A stretch of 43,985 nt of DNA from positions 1-43,985 of the forward strand of contig DAOLDN010000001.1 of NCBI GenBank assembly GCA_035327385.1, given 5' to 3'. Both the position numbers and the translations under genes were made by a program. The notes below the pieces were generated by a model. That model was given only the letters and a program-made list of their open reading frames with translations. It ran no database searches and was not told the DNA's origin. Each line of letters begins with the position of its first letter. Position 1 is the first letter of the stretch. This stretch comes from Verrucomicrobiota bacterium (GTDB lineage: Bacteria > Verrucomicrobiota > Verrucomicrobiia > Limisphaerales > JADLHS01). Shown here piece by piece: positions 16,203-24,482 of the stretch.

Positions 16203-16706
16203 CCGCGAAAGAACGCAAAGAACACATAGAAAGGAGATTCAAACATGCAAACCAAGACCATCAACGACCTGTGCGACAGCGTGAGGCAGACGGCGTATGA
16301 CGTTCATGTTTATCATGGCAACGGACATTTGGAGAAAGTGTATGAGAATGCGTTGGCAAATCGGCTTCGGAAAGCGGGCTTCGACGTGAAGCAACAGCAT
16401 CCGCTAAAGGTTTATGACGAGGACAGCACGGTCATCGGCGAATACTTCGCCGACCTCTTGGTTGATGGTCGCCTGATTGTCGAATTGAAAGCAGCCAAGA
16501 CTGTCGCCGACGAGCACGTCGCGCAAACGCTTGGCTATTTGAAAGCGTCGCGGATTGAGCATGGGTTGCTGATCAACTTTGGCTCATATCGTTTCCAGAT
16601 TCGGAAGTTCGTGTTGAGCAAAGGCAAGGTGAGCGAGGAAGGTTTAGGGCGATTGGCTTGCCTTCTGCCTTTTCTCTTTGCGATCTCTGCGTTCTTTCGC
16701 GGCTAA
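16200..16706 (+). mobile_element. TIR-bounded cargo unit carrying the GxxExxY gene (family B arms)
   Basis: Perfect 16-bp inverted repeat AGCCGCGAAAGAACGC (16201-16216) / GCGTTCTTTCGCGGCT (16689-16704). The nuoJ TAG and the cargo TAA both lie inside the arms. Confidence 0.45.
16245..16706 (+). CDS. GxxExxY protein (PD-(D/E)XK nuclease superfamily)
   Basis: GHLEKVYENAL is the GxxExxY motif. ADLLVDGRLIVELKA is a D...ExK nuclease core. Strong SD AAGGAG 8 nt upstream. The C-terminal tail is encoded by the right repeat arm. Confidence 0.8.
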   Translation: MQTKTINDLCDSVRQTAYDVHVYHGNGHLEKVYENALANRLRKAGFDVKQQHPLKVYDEDSTVIGEYFADLLVDGRLIVELKAAKTVADEHVAQTLGYLKASRIEHGLLINFGSYRFQIRKFVLSKGKVSEEGLGRLACLLPFLFAISAFFRG

Positions 16707-16714
16707 AAAAGAAA

Positions 16715-17020
16715 ATGAATGTCGGCCTTGAACATTATTTAGTGGTCAGCGCGCTGTTGTTTGCGCTGGGCCTGCTCGGCGTCATCGTGCGGCGCAATCT
16801 CATCGTGATTTACATGTCGCTGGAGTTGATGCTCAATTCGGCGAATCTCGCGCTCGTCTCTTTTTCGCGGTTCAACGACAACCTCAACGGCCAGGTGATG
16901 GTGTTCTTCATCATCACCGTGGCGGCGGCGGAAGTGGCGGTGGGCCTGGCGCTGATCGTGGCGCTGTATCGCAAACGCCGGTCGGCACATGTTGAAGACC
17001 TGACGAGCATGAAACTTTGA
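16715..17020 (+). CDS. nuoK: NADH-quinone oxidoreductase subunit K
   Basis: Start trimmed to MNVGLEHYLVVSALLFALGLLGV. 101 aa, ND4L-like. Confidence 0.92.
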   Translation: MNVGLEHYLVVSALLFALGLLGVIVRRNLIVIYMSLELMLNSANLALVSFSRFNDNLNGQVMVFFIITVAAAEVAVGLALIVALYRKRRSAHVEDLTSMKL

Positions 17021-17021
17021 A

Positions 17022-17162
17022 ATGAAGCTCCAAGCACCAACATCCAACATCCAGAGAAGCACCAAGTCTCAAGCTCCAATCGGGGCGAGCGGCGATTTTG
17101 GTGTTTGGGATTTGGATGTTCTCTGGAGCTTTGAGCTTGGAGCTTGGAATTTTCCGGAATGA
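17022..17162 (+). repeat. family A heptamer palindrome, copy 3 (46-codon bridging ORF)
   Basis: ATG 17022 lies 1 nt after the nuoK TGA. The TGA at 17160-17162 overlaps the nuoL ATG 17159 (ATGA). Confidence 0.85.
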
Positions 17163-19033
17163 AACTCGAAGCGTTACCTTGGCTGATCTTGTTCCTGCCG
17201 CTGCTCGCGGCGGGCATCATCGCGCTTTTTACCCTGCGCAACAAAGCCGTCAGCGCCACGTTATCCATCGGCGCGATTGTCACCGGCTTCGTCCTCACGC
17301 TGGCGGTGATCAAGTTCGGCGGCTGGGAAGCGCGCGAACTTTCCGTCAACTGGCTCTCCATCGGTAGTCTGACGGTGGATTTCGGCCTCAAGCTCGACGC
17401 GCTCAGCCTGATGATGTTGCTCATCGTCACCGGCGTCGGCAGCGCCATTCACATTTATTCCTACGGCTACATGCACGACGACCCGGGCTTCTCGCGCTTC
17501 TTCGCGTGCCTGAGCCTGTTCACGTTCTCGATGCTCGGCATCGTGTTGTCGAACAATTTCCTCCAGATGTTCATCTTCTGGGAACTGGTCGGTGTGTCGA
17601 GCTACCTGCTCATCGGGTTTTGGTTTGAGAAGGCCAGCGCGGCGGACGCGGCGAAAAAGGCATTCATCACGAATCGGCTGGGTGATTTTGGCTTCATTCT
17701 TGGAATTCTCATGGTGTGGGCAATGTTTGGATCGCTCTCGTTTGATGGAATGAAACCCGGTCTTGCGAGTTTCATGGCTGAACACAGCGGGCCAACGCCA
17801 CTTTTCTTCTTGGCAGGTTTGCTCATTTTCTGCGGCGCAGTTGGCAAGAGTGCTCAGTTCCCCCTGCATGTTTGGTTGCCGGATGCCATGGAAGGTCCAA
17901 CCCCGGTTTCGGCTTTGATCCATGCTGCTACGATGGTGGCTGCTGGTGTGTTCATGTTGTGTCGGGTTTTCTTTTTGCTCGAACCCAGCGGTGCGCTCAC
18001 CGTCATCGCGTGGATTGGCGGCTTCACCGCGTTGCTCGCCGCGCTCATCGCCGTCCAGCAAAACGACATCAAACGCATCCTCGCCTACTCGACGCTGTCG
18101 CAACTCGGCTACATGGTCATGGCCGTCGGGTTGCATTCGCCCGAGTCAGGCATGTTCCATCTGACCACGCACGCGTTCTTCAAGGCACTGCTGTTCCTCG
18201 GCGCCGGCTCGGTAATCCACGCGATGCATCACGAGCAGGACATCTGGAAGATGGGCGCGCTCCGCAAGAAAATGCCCGTCACGTTCTGGACATTCATGGT
18301 TGGCACAATTGCGCTGGCGGGCGTCTGGCCGTTGAGCGGCTTCTTCAGCAAGGACGCCATCCTCGCCGCTGCACATGAGCATAGCATTCCACTGTTCATC
18401 CTTGGCGTGTTCGTGGCGTTGCTCACCACGTTCTACATGTTTCGACTCGTGTTCGTGGCGTTTTTCGGCGCGGCCAAATCGCACGGAGTGGATCACGCGC
18501 ACGAATCACCCGGTGTCATGATCTGGCCGCTACGAATTCTTGCCATACTGAGCATCGTCGGTGGCGTCATCGGCATCGAATCGCTGTTCGCCGGTATGTT
18601 CAAGCCTGAAGGCGAACATCCGCACGGCCTCGTCGCGCAACTGATTTATCCGTTCCAACACGCGCCTGTCGCGGCGTTCAGCGGACTCGCGGTGTTCGCC
18701 ATCGGCCTGTTTGCTGCGTGGAAACTTTACGCGAACGCGAAGGAAGACCCGTTGCCCGCAAAACTCGGCGCATTGTCCAAGGCGATGCAGAACCGCTTTT
18801 ATTTCGACGAGATTTACGAAGCTACTTTCATCCGCGCGCACGACGCCATCGCGGCAGTGGCCGACTGGATTGACCGCTGGATCGTCGAGGGCTTTTGCAT
18901 CGGCCTCGTGCGCGGCGGAACGGATTTGACGGGCCGTGCATTGCGCCTCGTCCAGACCGGCAACCTCCAGACCTACGCCTTCCTGTTCGTGCTCGGCGTG
19001 GCCGTGGTGCTGTGGTTCGTGCTCGGAAAATGA
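17159..19033 (+). CDS. nuoL: NADH-quinone oxidoreductase subunit L
   Basis: Start trimmed to MKLEALPWLILFLPLL. Matching stretches are WLPDAMEGPTPVSALIHAATMVAAG and the antiporter-like TM pattern. Confidence 0.93.
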   Translation: MKLEALPWLILFLPLLAAGIIALFTLRNKAVSATLSIGAIVTGFVLTLAVIKFGGWEARELSVNWLSIGSLTVDFGLKLDALSLMMLLIVTGVGSAIHIYSYGYMHDDPGFSRFFACLSLFTFSMLGIVLSNNFLQMFIFWELVGVSSYLLIGFWFEKASAADAAKKAFITNRLGDFGFILGILMVWAMFGSLSFDGMKPGLASFMAEHSGPTPLFFLAGLLIFCGAVGKSAQFPLHVWLPDAMEGPTPVSALIHAATMVAAGVFMLCRVFFLLEPSGALTVIAWIGGFTALLAALIAVQQNDIKRILAYSTLSQLGYMVMAVGLHSPESGMFHLTTHAFFKALLFLGAGSVIHAMHHEQDIWKMGALRKKMPVTFWTFMVGTIALAGVWPLSGFFSKDAILAAAHEHSIPLFILGVFVALLTTFYMFRLVFVAFFGAAKSHGVDHAHESPGVMIWPLRILAILSIVGGVIGIESLFAGMFKPEGEHPHGLVAQLIYPFQHAPVAAFSGLAVFAIGLFAAWKLYANAKEDPLPAKLGALSKAMQNRFYFDEIYEATFIRAHDAIAAVADWIDRWIVEGFCIGLVRGGTDLTGRALRLVQTGNLQTYAFLFVLGVAVVLWFVLGK

Positions 19034-20145
19034 TGCCTCGATTCACCAACAACAAAACTCTGACCAAAGGCCGCCCGGCCTCGGGGAAGATTGTCGCTAC
19101 ATCGTCACGACAATTGGCGAAGGCTTCACCCAAAGCATTGCTGGCAGATGTGCGTGAGTTGATTCTCGCAGCCCGTGAAGGCGTGGCTCAAGCAGTCAAC
19201 GCGAGCCTTGTGACGCTTTACTGGCAAATTGGCAAACGCATCCACAAAGACGTTCTCCAAGAGAAGCGGGCGGAGTATGGGCAGAAGATTGTCGCCGCAC
19301 TGGGGCGACAATTAGAAACTGAGTTCGGGCGAGGCTTCACAGAGAAAAATCTTTGGCGCATGGTTCAGTTCACAGAGGCTTTTCCTAATGAACAAATTGT
19401 CGCCGCACTGCGGCGACAATTGGGCTGGACTCATTTCAGGCAGTTAATTCCTATCGAAGATCCGCTCAAGCGTGACTTCTACGCAGAGATGTGCCGGATT
19501 GAGAATTGGAGCACCCGGACGCTTGCAAAAAAGATCAGTGGACTACTTTTCGAGCGCACCGCCATCTCCAAGAAAACCGACAAGCTGATCCGTCAGGAAC
19601 TCAAAACGCTTCGCGAGGAAGACAAGCTTACCCCTGACCTTGTCTTCCGCGACCCTTACGTGCTGGATTTTCTAAAGCTGAAGGACACTTACAGTGAGAG
19701 TGACATCGAAGCGGCGATCTTGCGGGAGATTGAGTCGTTCATTTTGGAGTTGGGCGCAGGCTTTTGTTTTGTGACGCGCCAGAAGCGGATGCAAATTGAC
19801 TCGCGCGATTACTACCTCGACCTACTGTTCTATCACCGCAAGTTGCGCCGCCTCGTAGCGATGGATTTGAAGCTCGACGAATTCGACGCCGCCGACAAGG
19901 GGCAGATGGAGCTTTATCTCAACTGGCTGAAGAAACACGAGCAAGGCGCGGACGAAGCGCCGCCGTTGGGCATCATCCTGTGCGCGGGCAAGCGGCAGGA
20001 GCACGTTGAACTGCTGGCGATGGATCGCGACGGCATCCACGTCGCCAGCTACGTGACGAAGGAGATTCCGAAGAAACAGCTCGAACGAAAGCTTCACGAA
20101 GCCGTGCGTCTGGCGCGGGCGCGGTTGGAAAGGGGGAAACTATGA
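19030..20145 (+). CDS. YhcG/DUF1016-family PD-(D/E)XK nuclease
   Basis: The ATG overlaps the nuoL TGA. N-terminal stretches LVTLYWQIGKRI...GRGFTEKNLWRMVQF. C-terminal nuclease core YYLDLLFYHRKLRRLVAMDLKLDEF. Confidence 0.85.
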   Translation: MMPRFTNNKTLTKGRPASGKIVATSSRQLAKASPKALLADVRELILAAREGVAQAVNASLVTLYWQIGKRIHKDVLQEKRAEYGQKIVAALGRQLETEFGRGFTEKNLWRMVQFTEAFPNEQIVAALRRQLGWTHFRQLIPIEDPLKRDFYAEMCRIENWSTRTLAKKISGLLFERTAISKKTDKLIRQELKTLREEDKLTPDLVFRDPYVLDFLKLKDTYSESDIEAAILREIESFILELGAGFCFVTRQKRMQIDSRDYYLDLLFYHRKLRRLVAMDLKLDEFDAADKGQMELYLNWLKKHEQGADEAPPLGIILCAGKRQEHVELLAMDRDGIHVASYVTKEIPKKQLERKLHEAVRLARARLERGKL

Positions 20146-20714
20146 AAGAACTTTTCATAGGAATTGAGCCAAAGAACACAAAAGAATGTGTTAGCAGAAT
20201 TCTTGCGACAACAGCGGGATTTATCGCCCTAGCGTATCTGTTCAACGCGCCAATTCGCGTCGATAAATACTTCCTCATATTTTACGCAATGGCGTTTCTT
20301 CCTTGGATTGGATATTTCATCAAGCGAGCGGGAAAAGATAACATTGAATTTTCAGACCCCACATCAGAAAAAGTCTCCAAAGAAACCCTCGTTCAGATTC
20401 CAAAGGTACAGGAGGCCGTCAAATTTGAATCCCTCTCGCCGGAGGCAAAGCGAATCCTAAAGACGCTCGATTACTACCAGCGCCAAGGGTTTAAGAAACT
20501 CGACGCGGAAGGGCGTTGGGCGTTCACGATACCGTTTGGACATCCAAATCACGCCCAGTTCATGGGCGGAATTCTTGAGCTTCACAGTTCGGGGTTAATT
20601 TCAATGGATCACGGGACTGGGCGGTTTGGTCTTTCAGACGACGGGGTGAAACTGCTTTCGGAGAATCAGAACGATATTGGCAAAATCTCTGGCAGGTATG
20701 TTTTCGACAACTGA
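20142..20714 (+). CDS. hypothetical membrane protein (2 predicted TM helices + soluble C-terminal domain)
   Basis: ATGA overlap with yhcG. Predicted helices ILATTAGFIALAYLFNAPI and YFLIFYAMAFLPWIGYFI. Low GC. Confidence 0.6.
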   Translation: MKELFIGIEPKNTKECVSRILATTAGFIALAYLFNAPIRVDKYFLIFYAMAFLPWIGYFIKRAGKDNIEFSDPTSEKVSKETLVQIPKVQEAVKFESLSPEAKRILKTLDYYQRQGFKKLDAEGRWAFTIPFGHPNHAQFMGGILELHSSGLISMDHGTGRFGLSDDGVKLLSENQNDIGKISGRYVFDN

Positions 20715-20739
20715 GCAACGATTTTAACCTGACGCGTCT

Positions 20740-22233
20740 ATGAAAACGAAGATCGCAAATAAAATGCTATTGGGGCTCTGTTTGGCGATTGCAGTTGGTG
20801 GTTGCGAAAAGCAAAAGAAACCCGAAGAGGATTATAAGACTGGCGAAGCATTTGTAGTCCTCAAATCGGGCGAGGTTCTCTATATGGCCGACATGGAAAT
20901 TGTCTGCTTGAAACAGAGCTTCAAGACCAATTTTAACGCATTAAAAGCTGACTATGAGCGTCACGCTCCTACTCGAAAAGCTGTGACCGAAGACCCTGGT
21001 GTAAAAGCGAAACTGAAAGAAATGGACGATGGCATCTCGGAGCTAAGTGCCAAAATCGCTCGCGCTCCGGATGAGGGTAAAGGCATAGCTGACCAGTTAA
21101 TGCGCGGGATCGAATCTGAGCGAAATGCGATTGCGGCGGAAATCGCCAAAAACAAAGACCTCTTGAATGAATACAAACAAATTGTCGATCCGTTGGATAA
21201 GCGGATCGAAGAGCTGAGAATTGAAGCAGCGAAACTCGCACAAGGGAAAAGAGATCTAATCAGCCAGACGATTCAGAATATTAATTCCTATATTGTTGAT
21301 TCAAAGCTTACCGTCTCGATATTAGAACTGAAAAATGATGAGTCTCTTTTCGAAACAACCGAAGAATTCACACAACACTATCCATCGATCGGCAGCCCGG
21401 AGCGTCGGCCTCATCCACTCAATTCTTATCTAGTAGGAGTTCGCAATCCGTTTTTGGTAGAAAAAAGGAGAAATCGGATGGATTACGGGTCGGCTTCAGA
21501 TTGGACATCTGATTGGATATTTCTGAAGTACGTCCCGGCTGAACTTGAGGGAACACCGATGGATGCAACAATCAAAGCGGCCTACAAGAAATCGCTGAGT
21601 CTTCAATCGCGTATAGAGGGCGCAAATAAAAAGCTTTGGGCGGAAACAGCGCGAGAACATGAACAGCTATTGCCTTGGCAAAATCGTCACGGCATTTCGA
21701 TCTCGGATGGCCGTGGAATGATTGCACAAGAAGCCCGACAGAAAATAAATCTGGCGCAGCTCGACGATCAAATTAACGATTTCAGAACAGATGCCCCCAA
21801 AGCGCGGGCGCTCGTTCAAGCTGAAATTCAAAAAAAGATCGCTGAACTTAATGAATCTTTGACTTCATTAAAAAAGCGCCGTGAGGTTTTCGAGCGGGAG
21901 GCTGCCAAAAAAGCCAGCGACGCTGTTGAAGAGTCTTTCGAATCAGTTAAGAACGAACTCAAGTCGGAATATCGGCAGAAGTTTTACGAGTTGCTAAATA
22001 AGAACGTCCTCACTGCTGTGCGAACTGGAAGCAAGGGAGACTTCATTGTTTCGGGCGAAGCCGCCTACCTCTTTGCAGAAACGCACCGGGACAATAGCGA
22101 AAAGCTTGCGTGGTTAGTTCGCGTTGATCCGAAGTCTCCCAAGGTTAAAATGAGTTTGTCAAACGCTGCCTCCGCTGGCGGCAGGGGAGACTTTGATGAC
22201 TTCTGGATGCTTCGCTGGAATCTGGCTGAGTGA
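20740..22233 (+). CDS. hypothetical coiled-coil lipoprotein
   Basis: MLLGLCLAIAVGGC is a signal peptide with a lipobox. Long charged helical stretches (e.g. AIAAEIAKNKDLLNEYKQIVDPLDKRIEELRIEAAKLAQ). No NTPase motif seen. Low GC. Confidence 0.65.
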   Translation: MKTKIANKMLLGLCLAIAVGGCEKQKKPEEDYKTGEAFVVLKSGEVLYMADMEIVCLKQSFKTNFNALKADYERHAPTRKAVTEDPGVKAKLKEMDDGISELSAKIARAPDEGKGIADQLMRGIESERNAIAAEIAKNKDLLNEYKQIVDPLDKRIEELRIEAAKLAQGKRDLISQTIQNINSYIVDSKLTVSILELKNDESLFETTEEFTQHYPSIGSPERRPHPLNSYLVGVRNPFLVEKRRNRMDYGSASDWTSDWIFLKYVPAELEGTPMDATIKAAYKKSLSLQSRIEGANKKLWAETAREHEQLLPWQNRHGISISDGRGMIAQEARQKINLAQLDDQINDFRTDAPKARALVQAEIQKKIAELNESLTSLKKRREVFEREAAKKASDAVEESFESVKNELKSEYRQKFYELLNKNVLTAVRTGSKGDFIVSGEAAYLFAETHRDNSEKLAWLVRVDPKSPKVKMSLSNAASAGGRGDFDDFWMLRWNLAE

Positions 22234-22254
22234 ATCACCACCTGAATTAAAATT

Positions 22255-22791
22255 ATGCCAACACCAACTGATTTGGAATGCTTTGTTCGGTGGTTTGCAG
22301 TGCCCGTTGAGACGCTGAAAACCTTGCCTAACGGCGACGCTGCATTTGTGGCTCTGTCGGTCGGTTTTCTTTTGTGTGAACGGTATTACAGGATTACTAC
22401 CACCAGCCAAGAGGAAGTGCCCGTAGACAAATCTAGGAACAGAGCCGCAGAAGAGATGAACGTCAACAAGAAGTTCTTCAGCATTTTCTGGTCAACCTAT
22501 CGAAATGGGCTGATGCACCAAGGAACACCTAAAATATATGAGTGCGACGGCATCAAATACAAGTGGATGATTGATGCGGAGTTTGAAGCCTACCCAACTT
22601 ACTATGACAGGGACGGGTTCAGATTCATTTGTCTCAACCCTTGGAAGTTTACCGACTTCATGATTTCGAAGTTTTTGAATAATCCGCAGCATTTGAATGG
22701 TTCTTTGATTTACGAGTTGGGTCACATCTTTGATGCAAAACTCGTTGGAAAACCAATACAAGTGCCGCTGAACGCAGCTTATCCCGATTAA
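22255..22791 (+). CDS. hypothetical protein with HEPN-like Rx4H motif
   Basis: 178 aa. FWSTYRNGLMHQG (R codon 22501-22503, H codon 22516-22518) is an R-N-x3-H motif. Low GC. The stop lies 9 nt before the nuoM ATG. Confidence 0.55.
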   Translation: MPTPTDLECFVRWFAVPVETLKTLPNGDAAFVALSVGFLLCERYYRITTTSQEEVPVDKSRNRAAEEMNVNKKFFSIFWSTYRNGLMHQGTPKIYECDGIKYKWMIDAEFEAYPTYYDRDGFRFICLNPWKFTDFMISKFLNNPQHLNGSLIYELGHIFDAKLVGKPIQVPLNAAYPD

Positions 22792-22800
22792 CTCAATTTG

Positions 22801-24342
22801 ATGTCCACACTGACCTTAATTTTTGCTCTGCCGTTGCTCGCCGCAATCGCACTGGCGTTCGTGCCCCGCAACTTTGCCGTCATCATGCGCGCCGTGGCGG
22901 TGGGCGTGACCGGCGTCACGATGCTGCTGGCTGTGCTGATGTTCTGGCAGTTCAATTGTGTCGAGCCTGATGCCAACGGATACCGGTTTGTCAGCACCAT
23001 TCCCGGACTCGGTGCGGAATCGCTCGGCATCGCCTGCAAGCTGGGCGTGGACGGCTTGAACGTGGGGCTGGTGTTGATGGGCGCGATCGTGGCGTTCGCG
23101 GCGGCGTGCTGCTCGTTCGAGATCAAATCGCGCGAGAAGGAATTTTACATCCTTCTGCTCACGATGACCGGCGGCATCCTCGGCGCGTTCATGTCGCTCG
23201 ACCTGTTTTTCTTCTACTTCTTCCATGAACTCGCGCTCGTGCCGACGTTCATCATGATCGGCGTGTGGGGTCGCGGCGAACGCAAGAATTTCGCGACGTT
23301 CCAGATCACGATTTATCTGAGCATCGGCGCGTTGCTCGCGCTCATCGGCCTCATTGCACTCTATCTGCAATTGCCCGCCGACGTCCGCACGTTCGACATT
23401 CCGACACTGACGAATTATTTCGCCGAAAACACGATGGCGCACAGCGCGCAGATGTTCATCTTCCCGCTGCTGCTGCTGGGCTTCGGAATCCTTGTTTCGC
23501 TCTGGCCATTCCATTCGTGGGCCGCGCTGGGTTACGGCTCTGCTCCAAGCGCAACAGCAATGCTCCATGCCGGCGTCTTGAAAAAGTTCGGGCTTTACGG
23601 TTTGATCCGCATCGCGATTCCGTTTTGTCCGGAGGTGGCGCAATCCCACCTCCAACTCATCGCATGGCTCGCGCTTGGCAACGTGCTTTACGTCGGCTGG
23701 GTGGCGATGCGGCAGAAGAATCTGAACCTGCTCATCGGTAATTCCAGCGTGGCGCACATGGGCATGATCTTCCTGGGCATCGCCAGCCTGAACCTCATCG
23801 GCGTGACCGGCGCGGTGGTCATCATGGTGGCGCACGGTTTCCTCGCGGCGCTGACGTTCGGCCTCAGCGGTTACATCTACAATCAGACCGGCACGCTGGA
23901 AATGAGCGAGCTGGGCGGGCTGGCGAAGAAACTGCGGTTCATCGGCGTGGCGTTTGTGATGGCGGCGATGGCGGGCTGTGGCTTGCCGGGTTTCCTGAAT
24001 TTTGTGGGCGAAGTCAAGGTGTTCTTTGGCGCGTGGCAGGTGCCAGCGTTGCGCACAGTCACGGTGCTGGCAGTGTGGGGCGCGTTGTTGATTGGCGCGG
24101 TTTACATGTTGCGCGCGGTGCGGGCCGTGATGCACGCGGACATGCCAGAAAAATGGGCGGCGGTTTCCGATGCGAACCTGTGGCGCAAGCTGCCGTATGC
24201 GGTGTTGATCGCGAGCCTGTTGGTGTTCGGATGCTTTCCCAAGCTGCTCACAGAAAAGGTCACGCCGGTGACGGAGCAGATTGTAAGCATGGCGACGGTG
24301 AAGCAAGAAGCGCCTGTTGTGGTGGCGGAGATTCAGAAATGA
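22801..24342 (+). CDS. nuoM: NADH-quinone oxidoreductase subunit M
   Basis: ATG 22801 (the track starts at TTG 22798). ND4-like TM pattern, WPFHSWA...HAGVLKKFGLYG. Confidence 0.93.
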   Translation: MSTLTLIFALPLLAAIALAFVPRNFAVIMRAVAVGVTGVTMLLAVLMFWQFNCVEPDANGYRFVSTIPGLGAESLGIACKLGVDGLNVGLVLMGAIVAFAAACCSFEIKSREKEFYILLLTMTGGILGAFMSLDLFFFYFFHELALVPTFIMIGVWGRGERKNFATFQITIYLSIGALLALIGLIALYLQLPADVRTFDIPTLTNYFAENTMAHSAQMFIFPLLLLGFGILVSLWPFHSWAALGYGSAPSATAMLHAGVLKKFGLYGLIRIAIPFCPEVAQSHLQLIAWLALGNVLYVGWVAMRQKNLNLLIGNSSVAHMGMIFLGIASLNLIGVTGAVVIMVAHGFLAALTFGLSGYIYNQTGTLEMSELGGLAKKLRFIGVAFVMAAMAGCGLPGFLNFVGEVKVFFGAWQVPALRTVTVLAVWGALLIGAVYMLRAVRAVMHADMPEKWAAVSDANLWRKLPYAVLIASLLVFGCFPKLLTEKVTPVTEQIVSMATVKQEAPVVVAEIQK

Positions 24343-24482
24343 AAAGCACCAAGCACCAAGCACCAACATCCAGAGAAACTCCAAACCCCAAGCTTCAAGC
24401 GGGCGGCGGGCGTTTCCTGGTATTTGAAAATTGGAGCTTCTCTGGAGCTTGGAGGTTGGAATTTGGAGCTTTCAACAGATGA
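24339..24482 (+). repeat. family A heptamer palindrome, copy 4 (47-codon bridging ORF)
   Basis: The ATG at 24339 overlaps the nuoM TGA (ATGA) and the TGA at 24480-24482 overlaps the nuoN ATG 24479 (ATGA). Contains (CACCAAG) heptamers and CCAGAGAA...TTCTCTGG. Confidence 0.85.

Noticed and set aside
5788-24482. Could the short tandem repeats be a CRISPR array?
   Set aside because: The units are 7-8 nt with no unique spacers, the arrays are under 60 nt, and the copies are arranged as inverted halves. No cas genes are present in the window.
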